NCBI GenBank assembly: GCA_046538485.1
Contig: JBKHIT010000021.1
Coordinates: forward strand, 1 to 64,000
Direction of reading: 5' to 3'
DNA: 64,000 nt
Origin: Candidatus Brocadiia bacterium
Lineage (GTDB): Bacteria > Planctomycetota > Brocadiia > SM23-32
Shown here: piece by piece, positions 9,794-19,597 of the stretch
Numbering within the stretch: position 1 is the stretch's first letter
Layout: every line of letters begins with the position of its first letter
The notes under the pieces: generated by a model
Database searches by the model: none
Told to the model about the DNA's origin: nothing
Seen by the model: the letters and a program-made list of their open reading frames with translations, nothing else
Made by a program: the position numbers and the translations under genes

Positions 9794-10555
9794 ATGAGAA
9801 AGCTTTTCATTGCCGGCAACTGGAAAATGAACCTTGACCTCGAAACAAGCGTCGGCCTGGTCCAAGACCTCAAAGATCAGGTCGGAGGTGTGGATGATGT
9901 GACCCTTGCCGTCGGCCCACCGTTTGTTTATCTCAATGCCGTGGCCGATATCCTTGAAGGCACAAAAATCGGAGTCGCTGCACAGAACATGTATATCCAA
10001 CCGGAAGGTGCTTATACCGGTGAGGTCAGCGGCCCAATGCTGCTTGATGTCGGTTGCGAATACGTAATACTGGGACACTCGGAACGAAGACATGTCTTCG
10101 GCGAACCGGACGAACTCATCAACCAAAAAGTGCAGAAAGCCTTCGAATACGGCCTGAAACCCATTATCTGCGTCGGAGAAAAACTCGAACAAAGAAAAGC
10201 CGGTGACACTGAACGGATCGTATGCGGACAGGTCGAAAGTGCCCTGGAAAGCGTGGGACGCGAACAGATGGAAGAGGTCACACTGGCCTACGAACCCGTC
10301 TGGGCAATAGGCACGGGTGAGACGGCAACTCCCCAACAGGCCGAAGAAGTCCATACGATCATTCGCTCGCTGGTAACCGACCTGTTCGACGCCGAGCTGG
10401 CCGACGAGCTGGTTATCCAATACGGGGGAAGTGTTAAACCCCACAATGCCGCTGACCTGCTGGCGCAGGAAGATGTCGACGGCGCTCTCGTGGGAGGAGC
10501 CAGCCTGGCCGCCGAAACGTTTGTCCCGATCATCGAAGCCGGTCAAAACATCTGA
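9794..10555 (+). CDS. tpiA: Triosephosphate isomerase
   Basis: AGNWKMN, GHSERR, AYEPVWAIGTG, YGGSV, LVGGASL. Confidence 0.98.
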   Translation: MRKLFIAGNWKMNLDLETSVGLVQDLKDQVGGVDDVTLAVGPPFVYLNAVADILEGTKIGVAAQNMYIQPEGAYTGEVSGPMLLDVGCEYVILGHSERRHVFGEPDELINQKVQKAFEYGLKPIICVGEKLEQRKAGDTERIVCGQVESALESVGREQMEEVTLAYEPVWAIGTGETATPQQAEEVHTIIRSLVTDLFDAELADELVIQYGGSVKPHNAADLLAQEDVDGALVGGASLAAETFVPIIEAGQNI

Positions 10556-10583
10556 GTCTTTTCCGCTGGCAAGGAACCTGGAT

Positions 10584-11063
10584 ATGGATCCGGATGAATT
10601 TAAAAAGTTGCTGAAACGCGTGGCCATCATCGGCGCATTTTTCCTCGTGGCCGTGGTCTTCTATCTGCTCGGGCGCGGAGGAAGTAAGTTCTGGGAAGGA
10701 ATGCTTTTCGCGTATGCTATCGTAGTAAGCCTGCTCATGGTGCTCGCTATCCTGCTACAAAGTGGGAAAGGCGGCGGACTGGCAAGTCTTGGAGGCATGG
10801 GCGGGGAAGCTCTATTTGGCGCCCGCTCGGCCACACCAATCGCAAAAGCGACCGCCGTGATGGGAGCCCTTTTCCTGTTCATTTGCATGTTGATATCACG
10901 GCTTCACATCACCCGCGCAACCGGTACAAGCGCGAAAAAAGGCGATATACTGGAGGTGCCAGCCGAAGCCCCCCCCGAAAGCCGCGAAGTCCCGGGCCTT
11001 GGAACGGGAAAAACACCGGATGAGGTCGAAGGAACTTCGGAATCGACCGAGGAGAACAAATGA
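10584..11063 (+). CDS. secG: Preprotein translocase subunit SecG (with an extra N-terminal hydrophobic helix)
   Basis: ILLQSGKGGGL...LFG motif; follows tpiA; ATG at 10584 preceded by AAGGA. Confidence 0.85.
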   Translation: MDPDEFKKLLKRVAIIGAFFLVAVVFYLLGRGGSKFWEGMLFAYAIVVSLLMVLAILLQSGKGGGLASLGGMGGEALFGARSATPIAKATAVMGALFLFICMLISRLHITRATGTSAKKGDILEVPAEAPPESREVPGLGTGKTPDEVEGTSESTEENK

Positions 11064-11947
11064 TCCGAAGCATGACCGGCTACGGAGCGAGCGAATACGA
11101 GTGCGATCAATGGCAAATTCAGGTGGAAGTCCGTTCGGTTAATCACGACCTACTTAAAGTTTCCCCCCGACTGCCCGACATGCTCCGCCTGAAAGAAAGC
11201 GAATTGAATTGCCTCCTTCGCGAATTCATCCAGCGAGGACACGTTTACGTTAAGGTGAACGCGGATATCAGCGAACAAGCGATGTCGATGCTGGTCGATA
11301 AACGGAAGCTCAGCGCGTACGTCCGCCTGGCCCGAGAACTCAGCGAAGAAGCCGATGTTCCACTGCGCCTTGAAGTCGGTTCTATGCTGGCCTTGCCCGG
11401 TATCCAGAATACAGAAACCCTCCCCCGCGAAGTGCGAGACGCCATGTGGGAAGACGTACTGGACGCCACTCGTAACGCAATCAAGTCTCTGGTGGAAATG
11501 CGGACTACTGAGGGGGAAAAACTCTCAGATCAGCTGAGCCAGCTCAGCCAGGAACTGCAACAGGAGACCGAAGCCGTCAAATCCCGGATCGATGAGTGTC
11601 TGGAGAAATATCAAGAGAAACTCGTCGAACGAGTCGACCAGCTTCTCAACGGAATCGATGCCCGGCCCGAAGAAGGCATTCTCGCCCGGGAAATAGCGGC
11701 CACCGCCGAGCGTGGCGATATCAGCGAAGAAGTAGCCCGTATGGAAAGTCACCTCGAACAGTTCGATACCGCGCTCCAGAACGACGAAAGCGCGGTTGGC
11801 AAAAAACTTGAATTTCTCGTGCAGGAAATGCTTCGAGAAACCAATACCATGGCCTCCAAGATCCCCTGCAGCGAACTCGTTGAAATCGCCGTGGAAATGA
11901 AAACGAACGTCAACCGGCTGCGCGAACAGGTGAGAAATATAGAGTAA
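11060..11947 (+). CDS. yicC: YicC/YloC family endoribonuclease
   Basis: MIRSMTGYG, EVRSVNH, DISEE, GKKLEFLVQEMLRETNT, REQVRNIE. Confidence 0.93.
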   Translation: MIRSMTGYGASEYECDQWQIQVEVRSVNHDLLKVSPRLPDMLRLKESELNCLLREFIQRGHVYVKVNADISEQAMSMLVDKRKLSAYVRLARELSEEADVPLRLEVGSMLALPGIQNTETLPREVRDAMWEDVLDATRNAIKSLVEMRTTEGEKLSDQLSQLSQELQQETEAVKSRIDECLEKYQEKLVERVDQLLNGIDARPEEGILAREIAATAERGDISEEVARMESHLEQFDTALQNDESAVGKKLEFLVQEMLRETNTMASKIPCSELVEIAVEMKTNVNRLREQVRNIE

Positions 11948-11981
11948 CCGACGCCCCACACCGGAATTTGAAAATTACTGA

Positions 11982-12575
11982 ATGGCCCCCAAAAAACATA
12001 CGGAGAAACTCGAAAAGCCCGACAACTTGTTCGTACTCTCCGGGCCGAGCGGAGTGGGGAAAAATACCGTCGCCGAACGGCTTTGCAAGCGAGATCAGGT
12101 GACTCGAGCCATCACAGCAACGACCCGGGATCCCCGAAACGGGGAAAAAGAAGGCGAAGATTACTATTTTGTCGATGAAAAAAAGTTTCAACAATGGATC
12201 GAAGATGGCAAGTTGCTCGAACATAATCGCTACGACGACAATGACTACGGCACGCCCGCATTTTCGGTCAATGAAGCCGCAAAACACAAAAAACCCGTCA
12301 TCCTGGTCATCGACGTCAATGGCGCGTTGAAAATACGGGAACAATACCCCGAAGTCACCCTCATTTTCCTCGCTCCACCCGATGAACGAGAGCTGGAAAG
12401 AAGGCTCCGGGACCGTGGCGACGAAGACGAAAAGCAGCTCGAATATCGGCTCGATAGAGCCCGAGAAGAAATGAAACTGATGGATAAATATGACCGGGTC
12501 GTGACCAATGATTCGCTCGAGCGAGCCGTGAAAGAAGTGGCTAAGATCGTGGAAAATCAATCCGACTCTTCATAA
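11982..12575 (+). CDS. gmk: Guanylate kinase
   Basis: SGPSGVGK P-loop, TTRDPR..E..G.DYYF, YGT. Confidence 0.95.
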   Translation: MAPKKHTEKLEKPDNLFVLSGPSGVGKNTVAERLCKRDQVTRAITATTRDPRNGEKEGEDYYFVDEKKFQQWIEDGKLLEHNRYDDNDYGTPAFSVNEAAKHKKPVILVIDVNGALKIREQYPEVTLIFLAPPDERELERRLRDRGDEDEKQLEYRLDRAREEMKLMDKYDRVVTNDSLERAVKEVAKIVENQSDSS

Positions 12576-12677
12576 ATGGCAACTCGGTCACATTCCGGGA
12601 AATGACTGATTTCAAGATTTTCAGAAAGTATTTGCCAATATTTTGCAAAATAGATAGAAACAACGGGAGCACAATTC

Positions 12678-12950
12678 ATGGAAAAAAGTCGCGATCAAAG
12701 AGTTGAAGAACTGAGCGAAAAAAGTGGCGGCCGGTTCAAACTAACTGCCCTTGTTCAAAAGAGAGTTCGAAACTACTACCTCCACGGTCGGACATTTATG
12801 CCAAATGTCGAGAATATGGACGAACTTGTCGATCTCGTTCTCGACCAGGTCGAGCGCGGAGAAATTGAACTCAGTTTCCGCAAAAAGAGCAAAAAACCCA
12901 TCGACCAACTCCGGGAAGGCGGTCAGGAAAAAGAAGAAGAAGAACAATAA
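12678..12950 (+). CDS. rpoZ: RNA polymerase omega subunit
   Basis: GGRFKLTALVQKR motif; directly follows gmk. Confidence 0.85.
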   Translation: MEKSRDQRVEELSEKSGGRFKLTALVQKRVRNYYLHGRTFMPNVENMDELVDLVLDQVERGEIELSFRKKSKKPIDQLREGGQEKEEEEQ

Positions 12951-13090
12951 CCCGGAAACAAATTTTCCCGATCGAATCGACTGACGGGCTTGAAGGGCTC
13001 TCCGGGACAGCACTCCGTGCGCTTCATTGGCGTTTTATGCATTCCCACCCTTTCCATATCGACGCCGATACTACGTCACTGGCCCCCCGC

Positions 13091-13137
13091 TTGACACAGT
13101 GCGCCGAAACGGTTACACTTTTTCCAGTTTCGTAACA
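13091..13137 (+). promoter_or_regulatory. Sigma70-like promoter with an overlapping GTTAC-N15-GTAAC dyad (candidate operator)
   Basis: TTGACA (13091-96)-17 nt-TACACT (13114-19); GTTAC at 13112-16 and GTAAC at 13132-36. Confidence 0.6.
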
Positions 13138-13242
13138 TGTTTTTTTTTTGTCGTTGTCGTGCCACGGTTTTGTAAAAGGTGCTATTAATTCTGCGGCTTG
13201 CCACTCCAGAATGAATAGACCCTCCCAGAAAGGAGCGCTCTT

Positions 13243-14016
13243 ATGCCTGATTCCGGTCCCACCGGTAATAAAAATAAAGCCTTTTCGGCTTTTACCCTCA
13301 TCGAACTGCTGGTGGTGATAGCCATTATCGCCATCCTTGCTGCCATGCTCATGCCCGCTCTGGCCAGCGCCCGCTCGGCGGCCAAAGGCATCAGCTGCAC
13401 GTCCAAACTCAAACAAATCGGCACCGCCGCTACCATGTACCTCCACGACTACGGCGCGTGGCCCATCTACCGCGATACGGGCGACACGAGCACCTGGACG
13501 ATCTACTGGTGCGCCGCGACCAAAGACGGAGAGACTCCCGATTGCAGCCGCGGAGTGCTGTCCGAGTACCTTGACGTCAGGGAAATGCAGAGCTGTCCCG
13601 CATGGAAGCAGGAAGTCAGTTCCCAAAAACCGGGTCTCGGTTACGGATACAACTGGCTCACCCTTGGTTTCCCACCGAGCTGGTACGGTATGTTCACCTA
13701 CTACGCAGACGTCGCAAAAGACGGAGACGTAGAGAAACCAAGCCGAACAATCGCTTTCGCCGATGGTGGGATACGGGAATCGGCGACTTTCGGCGGTACC
13801 GACCCGAATGTCATCACGGAAACGGTTGCTCTCACTCCCCCCTCGCAGGATAGCGCCAACGCCCCGAGCATGCATTTCCGGCATCTGGGGAAAGCCAACA
13901 TTACTTTCTGCGACGGCCATGTCAGTGCAGTCCGTCCCCATCCGGGCACAGAAGACTCCTATCACCCCACGCTCGCGTACCCGTGCCCTGACGATCGTCT
14001 CTACGACAGGGAGTAA
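13243..14016 (+). CDS. Prepilin-type N-terminal cleavage/methylation protein with C-terminal H-X9-DG motif (DUF1559-like)
   Basis: [47 protein letters not shown]. Confidence 0.92.
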   Translation: MPDSGPTGNKNKAFSAFTLIELLVVIAIIAILAAMLMPALASARSAAKGISCTSKLKQIGTAATMYLHDYGAWPIYRDTGDTSTWTIYWCAATKDGETPDCSRGVLSEYLDVREMQSCPAWKQEVSSQKPGLGYGYNWLTLGFPPSWYGMFTYYADVAKDGDVEKPSRTIAFADGGIRESATFGGTDPNVITETVALTPPSQDSANAPSMHFRHLGKANITFCDGHVSAVRPHPGTEDSYHPTLAYPCPDDRLYDRE

Positions 14017-14018
14017 TT

Positions 14019-14738
14019 ATGGACCTGAGTCTATCATTGTGGACCGGGGGAATGTTGTTCACTCTCGGAATATTTGCCACGAAAGTCGGTCTCGGTCTTG
14101 GATTCGGAGGTGTGCGGTGGCGCGGCACGCTCCTCACCCACACCGTCTACATCGCCCTGTTTCTCATCGCCGCTCTGCTATCGAAACCTCTTACGGCGGC
14201 GCTTCGGCCCATCCTGCAGGCCGGCCCCTACCTCCACGCGATGGTCGCCCTGATCATGATTGGCTGGGGAATCCACCTGTTCCGGGGACAGCACCGCATC
14301 CGGGATAATTCGGCGTCCTCGCATTCATTGCTGCTCTTGATCCCCTGCCCCGTTTGTTTCAGCGCGGTGGTGTTATCCACCTGGACCGCCCTGGAGATCA
14401 CCGGTCTGCCGCCGCTGGCCGTCGGAGTTGGCCTCGGACTCGCATTTGTGCTCCTCTCCTCCGTGTTGCATCTTTCGGTCAAACTGAGAGGAAACTTTGA
14501 AAGAACACGTTCGTCCTCGGTCGCGTTGGCACTGACAATGATGGCCATCGGCGCTTATTTCCTCGCTTCCCTCATCCTCCCCGCCAAAATAGAGCAGGCT
14601 CGCAGCGCCTACAGAACATTCACCGCAAATAATGCCAGAATCAGCTCCTCCGGGGGAACGGGCGTTGTTTTCCTCCTCTTTGCTGTTCTTCTGGCAGGAT
14701 ATCTCACACGCAAGAAGTCGGAGCCCACGCATGAGTGA
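14019..14738 (+). CDS. DUF2162 family membrane protein (HmuT-like)
   Basis: Multi-TM protein with IFATKVGLG and PCPVC motifs; context with ExbB-like, DUF2149 and CobN genes. Confidence 0.8.
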   Translation: MDLSLSLWTGGMLFTLGIFATKVGLGLGFGGVRWRGTLLTHTVYIALFLIAALLSKPLTAALRPILQAGPYLHAMVALIMIGWGIHLFRGQHRIRDNSASSHSLLLLIPCPVCFSAVVLSTWTALEITGLPPLAVGVGLGLAFVLLSSVLHLSVKLRGNFERTRSSSVALALTMMAIGAYFLASLILPAKIEQARSAYRTFTANNARISSSGGTGVVFLLFAVLLAGYLTRKKSEPTHE

Positions 14739-15309
14739 ACTGCTCGCCGGATTGGAAACCTACCTGTACGTCATTTCATCAAGTCTTTTCTACCCCGTCG
14801 TCATCGGGCTTGTGGCGCTGACTTTCTGGATTGTCTTCTGTTTTGGATCGTTCCTGCGGAATTACTCTGAGAAACGACGTGGCGAATCATCAGCTTTAAA
14901 ACAGTACCGAAAAGACCTTGAGGACGAACTGCAGCGCCATCGCGAAGAGGGCGCCGAACATTTGGATGCCCGTCTCGAACGGCTTCTGCAGGAATCGGAA
15001 TTAAAACTGGTCAAACAGCTCGACCGCGTCCGATTCGCCGTCCGCGCGGGGCCCGCTGTGGGGTTGATGGGCACGCTCATTCCGATGGGGGTTGCGCTCT
15101 CTTCCATGGCCCAGGGCAATATGCCCAAAATGGCCCAGAGCATGGTCACCGCCTTCACCACCACCGTCGTCGGACTCGCCTGCGGGGTCGCCGCATATCT
15201 GATGTCACTCGTACAGGAAAAATGGGTCCGCGAAGACATGCGCGAGATGGAATACGAAACCGAAGTGGCTGTGCGTGAAGTTGCCGAAGAATCGGGAGGG
15301 TACGAATGA
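14731..15309 (+). CDS. MotA/TolQ/ExbB proton channel family protein (HmuU-like)
   Basis: GPAVGLMGTLIPMG and AFTTTVVGL; ATG at 14731 overlaps the upstream gene. Confidence 0.9.
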   Translation: MSELLAGLETYLYVISSSLFYPVVIGLVALTFWIVFCFGSFLRNYSEKRRGESSALKQYRKDLEDELQRHREEGAEHLDARLERLLQESELKLVKQLDRVRFAVRAGPAVGLMGTLIPMGVALSSMAQGNMPKMAQSMVTAFTTTVVGLACGVAAYLMSLVQEKWVREDMREMEYETEVAVREVAEESGGYE

Positions 15310-15650
15310 AGTTCCTGAAACGTCGGCGGCAATCGGAAGGTTACATGCAACCCCTTGAAGACCCCCTGAGCGGCGTCGCTAACCTTTTTGATGCCAGCAT
15401 CGTGTTCATCGTCAGCATGATGATCGCCCTGTTTATGGCCTACAACATGCTCGACCTGCTCGATCCTGAGTCGGAAGTAACAATCGCCAAAAAAACCGCC
15501 GACGGGAAGCTGGAAATTATCACCAAAAAAGGCAAAGAGATCAAAGCACGGAAAGTGACGGACCGAAAACTCAGCGGACAGGGGACCCGTCTTGGAACGG
15601 CCTACAAACTCAAAGATGGAAGAGTTATCTATGTGCCCGATCAAGAATAA
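15306..15650 (+). CDS. DUF2149 family protein (ExbD/HmuV-like)
   Basis: EDPLSGVANLFD + TM segment; G.G.RLGTAYKL.DG..IYVP. Confidence 0.88.
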   Translation: MKFLKRRRQSEGYMQPLEDPLSGVANLFDASIVFIVSMMIALFMAYNMLDLLDPESEVTIAKKTADGKLEIITKKGKEIKARKVTDRKLSGQGTRLGTAYKLKDGRVIYVPDQE

Positions 15651-18600
15651 GTTGCTGGCCGCCCTGATCATCCTGCTGTGCTCCGCAACGAACGTCCTCA
15701 GCGCGGAGAAACCGGTCGTCAGCCTCGTCACAAGCGATGCCGACTCACGGTCCGCTGTGCAGGCTGTCCGGGCGATCCGGGAAGACTATCCTGGATTAAA
15801 AAAGCACCTCACACTGAGACCTTACTCCTCGGGCAACCTTACCCGCGCCGATCTGAATGCGATAGCAGGATCGCGCATCGTGTTTGTGTTCATGTTCGAC
15901 CGCCAGACGGCCAATCGGATGCAGCCGTTCCTCGAGCGCGTCATTGAGCGAGGTGGGGACGTTTACACCGTCAACTATCTGTTTCCGGGACAGCACAAAG
16001 AGCTCGGTTTTACGGTCGATGAAAAGGTCTGCGCCTACTACGAAGCGCGGGGTTCGGAAAATCTGAAAAACGGGCTGCTTTTCGCCCTCAAAAGAGATTT
16101 GGATCTGGAAGTCTCATTCGAAGATCCCGCCCCCTACCCAGACGCCGGGCTGTACGAACATCATTCCAGTCGGATTATCGAAGACGTAGAGGAATTCAAA
16201 CGCGTCTACGGTGAAGAACGAGAAAATTTCAAAGCCGACGCTCCGTGGGTCGGGATCATCTTCTACGTCAGCGACCTCGCCGGCGGTCAGATGGACGTCA
16301 TCGACACGGTGATCGAAACACTCGAAGACGCAGGATTGAATGTCTTGCCGGCCTACGGATATCCGTCCGAGGGGGTGGTCGAAAAATACTTCCTCGATGA
16401 AAAAGGCCAGAGCCGTATCCGCGTTCTCGTCGCCATTGCCCTCAAACTCGGCGTAAACCCCGAAAAATCCGCCCGGGTTCTCGGCGCGCTCGACGTTCCC
16501 GTCATCGACCCCATAATCCTTTACACACAGTCCGCAGACCAGTGGCGCGAGTCGGAGATCGGGCTTGATATCAACGAACGCACCTGGCAGATCGCCAAGC
16601 CCGAACTGGCCGGTATTGCCCAGCCCACTGTCATCGGGGCAAAAGAAACCGCCAGAGATCCCGCGACAGGCATAGTTTACATGCGCAAAAAACCCATGCC
16701 AGAGCGCGTCCGTCGCGTCGTCAACCGGGTGCAAGCCTGGCTAAACCTCCAGAACAAACCCAATCCCGACAAGCACGTTGCCGTCCTCTACTACAACTAC
16801 CCGCCGGGCAAGCAGACAATCGGCGCGTCCTACCTTAACGTGCTGCCGGAAAGCCTCTGGGAGATACTTCAGAAACTGAAGAACGAGGGATATGACGCGC
16901 GCGGGGCCCCGGGTGACAAATCGGCTCTGCAGACGGCCGTTTTTCACCACCGGAATCTCGGCAACTGGGCTCCCGCGGAACTGGACGCCTTCGTGCGGCA
17001 GTATGATCCGCCCCGTGTAAGCATAAAACAATACGAAAAATGGCTGGGAAAACTCCCGCCCGCGTTCATTCAATCCGTCGAAAAAGCATGGGGACCGCCC
17101 GGGGAGAGCGACATTATGGTCTGGCGCGATCAAACCGGGCAGGCCTGGATTATCATCCCCGCCCTTCAATACGGAAACATCCTTCTGACGGCTCAGCCCC
17201 CACGCGGATGGGGCCAGAACGTCACAAAATTATACCACGACACAACAATCCCGCCCCACCACCAGTACGTCGCCTTCTACCTCTATCTGAAACACAAATT
17301 CGGCGCCGATGCCATTATCCACGTCGGCACCCATGGCACCCACGAATGGCTATCCGGAAAAGAAGCCGGCCTGGCCGCCGAAGATCCGCCGGAAGCCCTG
17401 ATTCAGGATATGCCCAACATTTATCCCTACATCGTCGATGATGTCGGAGAAGGCATACAGGCGAAACGACGCGGTCAGGCTGTGGTAATCGACCACATGA
17501 CGCCGCCGCTCGACGATTCCGGATTGAACCCGGAACTCGACCAGCTCTCAAATCTTATCGACAAGTACAACGTCGCCACCCAAAAAAGCGCTCCTCTGGC
17601 GAAGGCGCGCCTCGACGAGATCAACCGGCTGGCAGGCGAAAAAGGGTTGCTGACGGATCTGGGACTGAAAAACATCGAAACGGACGAAGATGTCGAGCAG
17701 CTGGAACATCATTTGAAACGAATCGCCGAAAAAACCACCCCATTCGGTCTCCATACCTTCGGAAAGGTGCCAGAGGAAAAATACAGGCGCTCCACCGCCG
17801 AGGCTATCCTCAAGGCCGGAGACAAACTGCCGCCGGCGCGGAGAAAGGCAAAGCTGAAAGAGCTGGACGAACGAATAATCGCCGGTGCGCAGCGCGAATT
17901 GGATAGCCTGGTTCAAGCGCTGTCGGGGCGCTACGTCCCGGCCGGCACAGGCAACGATCCGATTCGCAACCCCGATTCGCTTCCGACGGGCAAAAATTTC
18001 TACTCTTTCGATCCCTCGCGCATACCTTCACCCGACACCTACAAGATGGGAGCGCAGCTGGCCCGGGAACTGGTCGAAGATTACAGGAACCGTCACGGTC
18101 AGTATCCCGATAAGCTCAGTTTCACGCTCTGGGCCGTGGAAACCATCCGCCACGAAGGAATCGTTGAGTCGCAGATCATGCACCTGCTTGGCGTCCGGCC
18201 CACCTGGGACAAACGGGGTAAGGTCACGGGAGTCGAGGTGATCCCCTCCGATGATCTGCACCACCCGCGCATCGACACCATTATGGTCCCTTCCGGCCTG
18301 TACCGGGATGTATTCTCCAATCTTATGGCTTTGCTCGACAAAAGTGTGAGCCTGGCGCGAGATCAGGATGAGTCCGATAACATCCTCCGCGCGAATGTGC
18401 TCGCCCGGCGAGACGAACTTCTTAAGCGCGGCATCTCCAAAGAAAAAGCTCTGCGTCTGGCTTCCGTCCGCATATTCACCGAAGAACCCGGTTCTTATGG
18501 CACCGGCCTGTGCGACGTGATTCCCCTGTCGGGGACGTGGGACAACGAAGAGGAGGTCGCGGACGTTTACTTTTTGAGAATGAGTCACATGTTCGGACAG

Positions 18601-19596
18601 GGATTCTGGGGGAACCGGACGGCGTCGGGTTCGGGACCGGGCGTTGAAAAAAAGATCAGCAAAGAGCTCTTCAAAAAAGCTCTTTCCGGGACCAAAATGT
18701 CCGTTCACAGCCTTTCCAGCAACGTCTACGCCACTCTGGACAACGACGATTTCTTTCAGTATCTCGGGGGAACCGCGATGGCGGTCCGTGCGGTGGACGG
18801 TGAGACGCCCGAGATGTATGTATCGGACATGTCGAATCCCAACGCCGCCCGGCAGGTAACTCTCGCCCGCGTGATGGGGACCGAGATGCGAACGCGCTAC
18901 CTCAACCCGAAATGGATCGACAAAATGATGGCTGAGGGCTACGCCGGCGCGCGCTTCGTCGATAAAGTCGTCGAACATCTCTGGGGATGGCAGGTGACCG
19001 CGCCGGAGGTTGTTGATTCCGCAAAGTGGCAGGAAATGTATGAGACATATGTGGAAGACAAATACGATCTGAATTTGAAACAGAAATTCAAAGAAGCCGG
19101 GAATACCTGGGCGCATCAATCAATCGTTGCGCGGATGCTCGAGGTCGTGCGGAAAAATTACTGGGATCCGGACCGGGAAGTCGTTCAGCGGCTGGCGAAA
19201 GAATACGCCGAAAGTGTCAAAAAAGAGGGCCTGGCCTGTTGTGACCACACCTGCAATAACCCTGCGCTTACGGAATACACCCGGTCCACGCTCACGTCGG
19301 TGCCCGGCCTTGAAAACCTGGCCAAAGAAATGGCCGACTCGCTTGAAGAGATAAAACGAACCCGGGCGAGCAGCCGTCCGAAAGCAAGTAACCCCGGAAA
19401 CAAGACCGCCGATGCGTCAAGCCCGTCTCCGGAACCCGCTGAGGGGCAACCGCAGCAGGTCGAAGGTTATGAAATGGAAGAAACGACTTCGGGAAGCAGC
19501 GCCTCCGCTCCTATCCCGTATCTTTTCCTGGTTTTTTTCCTGGGCTTTCTGGGTGTCATATTCTGGGGCTGGAAACGAAACCAAAAAGCCGGCTGA
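15631..19596 (+). CDS. CobN/magnesium chelatase H-like protein with signal peptide and C-terminal membrane anchor (HmuS-like)
   Basis: HVGTHGTHEW, GNDPIRNPDSLPTGKNFY, SGLYRD, RYLNPKWI, WGW, CCDHTCNNP; N-terminal signal; C-terminal TM (IPYLFLVFFLGFLGVIFWGWKR). Confidence 0.9.
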   Translation: MCPIKNKLLAALIILLCSATNVLSAEKPVVSLVTSDADSRSAVQAVRAIREDYPGLKKHLTLRPYSSGNLTRADLNAIAGSRIVFVFMFDRQTANRMQPFLERVIERGGDVYTVNYLFPGQHKELGFTVDEKVCAYYEARGSENLKNGLLFALKRDLDLEVSFEDPAPYPDAGLYEHHSSRIIEDVEEFKRVYGEERENFKADAPWVGIIFYVSDLAGGQMDVIDTVIETLEDAGLNVLPAYGYPSEGVVEKYFLDEKGQSRIRVLVAIALKLGVNPEKSARVLGALDVPVIDPIILYTQSADQWRESEIGLDINERTWQIAKPELAGIAQPTVIGAKETARDPATGIVYMRKKPMPERVRRVVNRVQAWLNLQNKPNPDKHVAVLYYNYPPGKQTIGASYLNVLPESLWEILQKLKNEGYDARGAPGDKSALQTAVFHHRNLGNWAPAELDAFVRQYDPPRVSIKQYEKWLGKLPPAFIQSVEKAWGPPGESDIMVWRDQTGQAWIIIPALQYGNILLTAQPPRGWGQNVTKLYHDTTIPPHHQYVAFYLYLKHKFGADAIIHVGTHGTHEWLSGKEAGLAAEDPPEALIQDMPNIYPYIVDDVGEGIQAKRRGQAVVIDHMTPPLDDSGLNPELDQLSNLIDKYNVATQKSAPLAKARLDEINRLAGEKGLLTDLGLKNIETDEDVEQLEHHLKRIAEKTTPFGLHTFGKVPEEKYRRSTAEAILKAGDKLPPARRKAKLKELDERIIAGAQRELDSLVQALSGRYVPAGTGNDPIRNPDSLPTGKNFYSFDPSRIPSPDTYKMGAQLARELVEDYRNRHGQYPDKLSFTLWAVETIRHEGIVESQIMHLLGVRPTWDKRGKVTGVEVIPSDDLHHPRIDTIMVPSGLYRDVFSNLMALLDKSVSLARDQDESDNILRANVLARRDELLKRGISKEKALRLASVRIFTEEPGSYGTGLCDVIPLSGTWDNEEEVADVYFLRMSHMFGQGFWGNRTASGSGPGVEKKISKELFKKALSGTKMSVHSLSSNVYATLDNDDFFQYLGGTAMAVRAVDGETPEMYVSDMSNPNAARQVTLARVMGTEMRTRYLNPKWIDKMMAEGYAGARFVDKVVEHLWGWQVTAPEVVDSAKWQEMYETYVEDKYDLNLKQKFKEAGNTWAHQSIVARMLEVVRKNYWDPDREVVQRLAKEYAESVKKEGLACCDHTCNNPALTEYTRSTLTSVPGLENLAKEMADSLEEIKRTRASSRPKASNPGNKTADASSPSPEPAEGQPQQVEGYEMEETTSGSSASAPIPYLFLVFFLGFLGVIFWGWKRNQKAG

Positions 19597-19597
19597 T

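Noticed and set aside
9254..10630. Long antisense ORFs (also 18028-19119, 19670-20767, 26484-27392, 31934-33082, 42245-43207 and others)
   Set aside because: Shadow frames opposite well-supported genes in GC-rich DNA; no motifs or SD.
12951..13242. Cobalamin riboswitch before the CobN-like operon
   Set aside because: No recognisable B12-box or GGGAA/GCCACTG core, and only about 120 nt between promoter and start codon.
15631..19596. Calling this the cobalamin-biosynthetic cobN
   Set aside because: It has a signal peptide and membrane anchor, no cobST or other cob genes nearby, and an hmu-like context.
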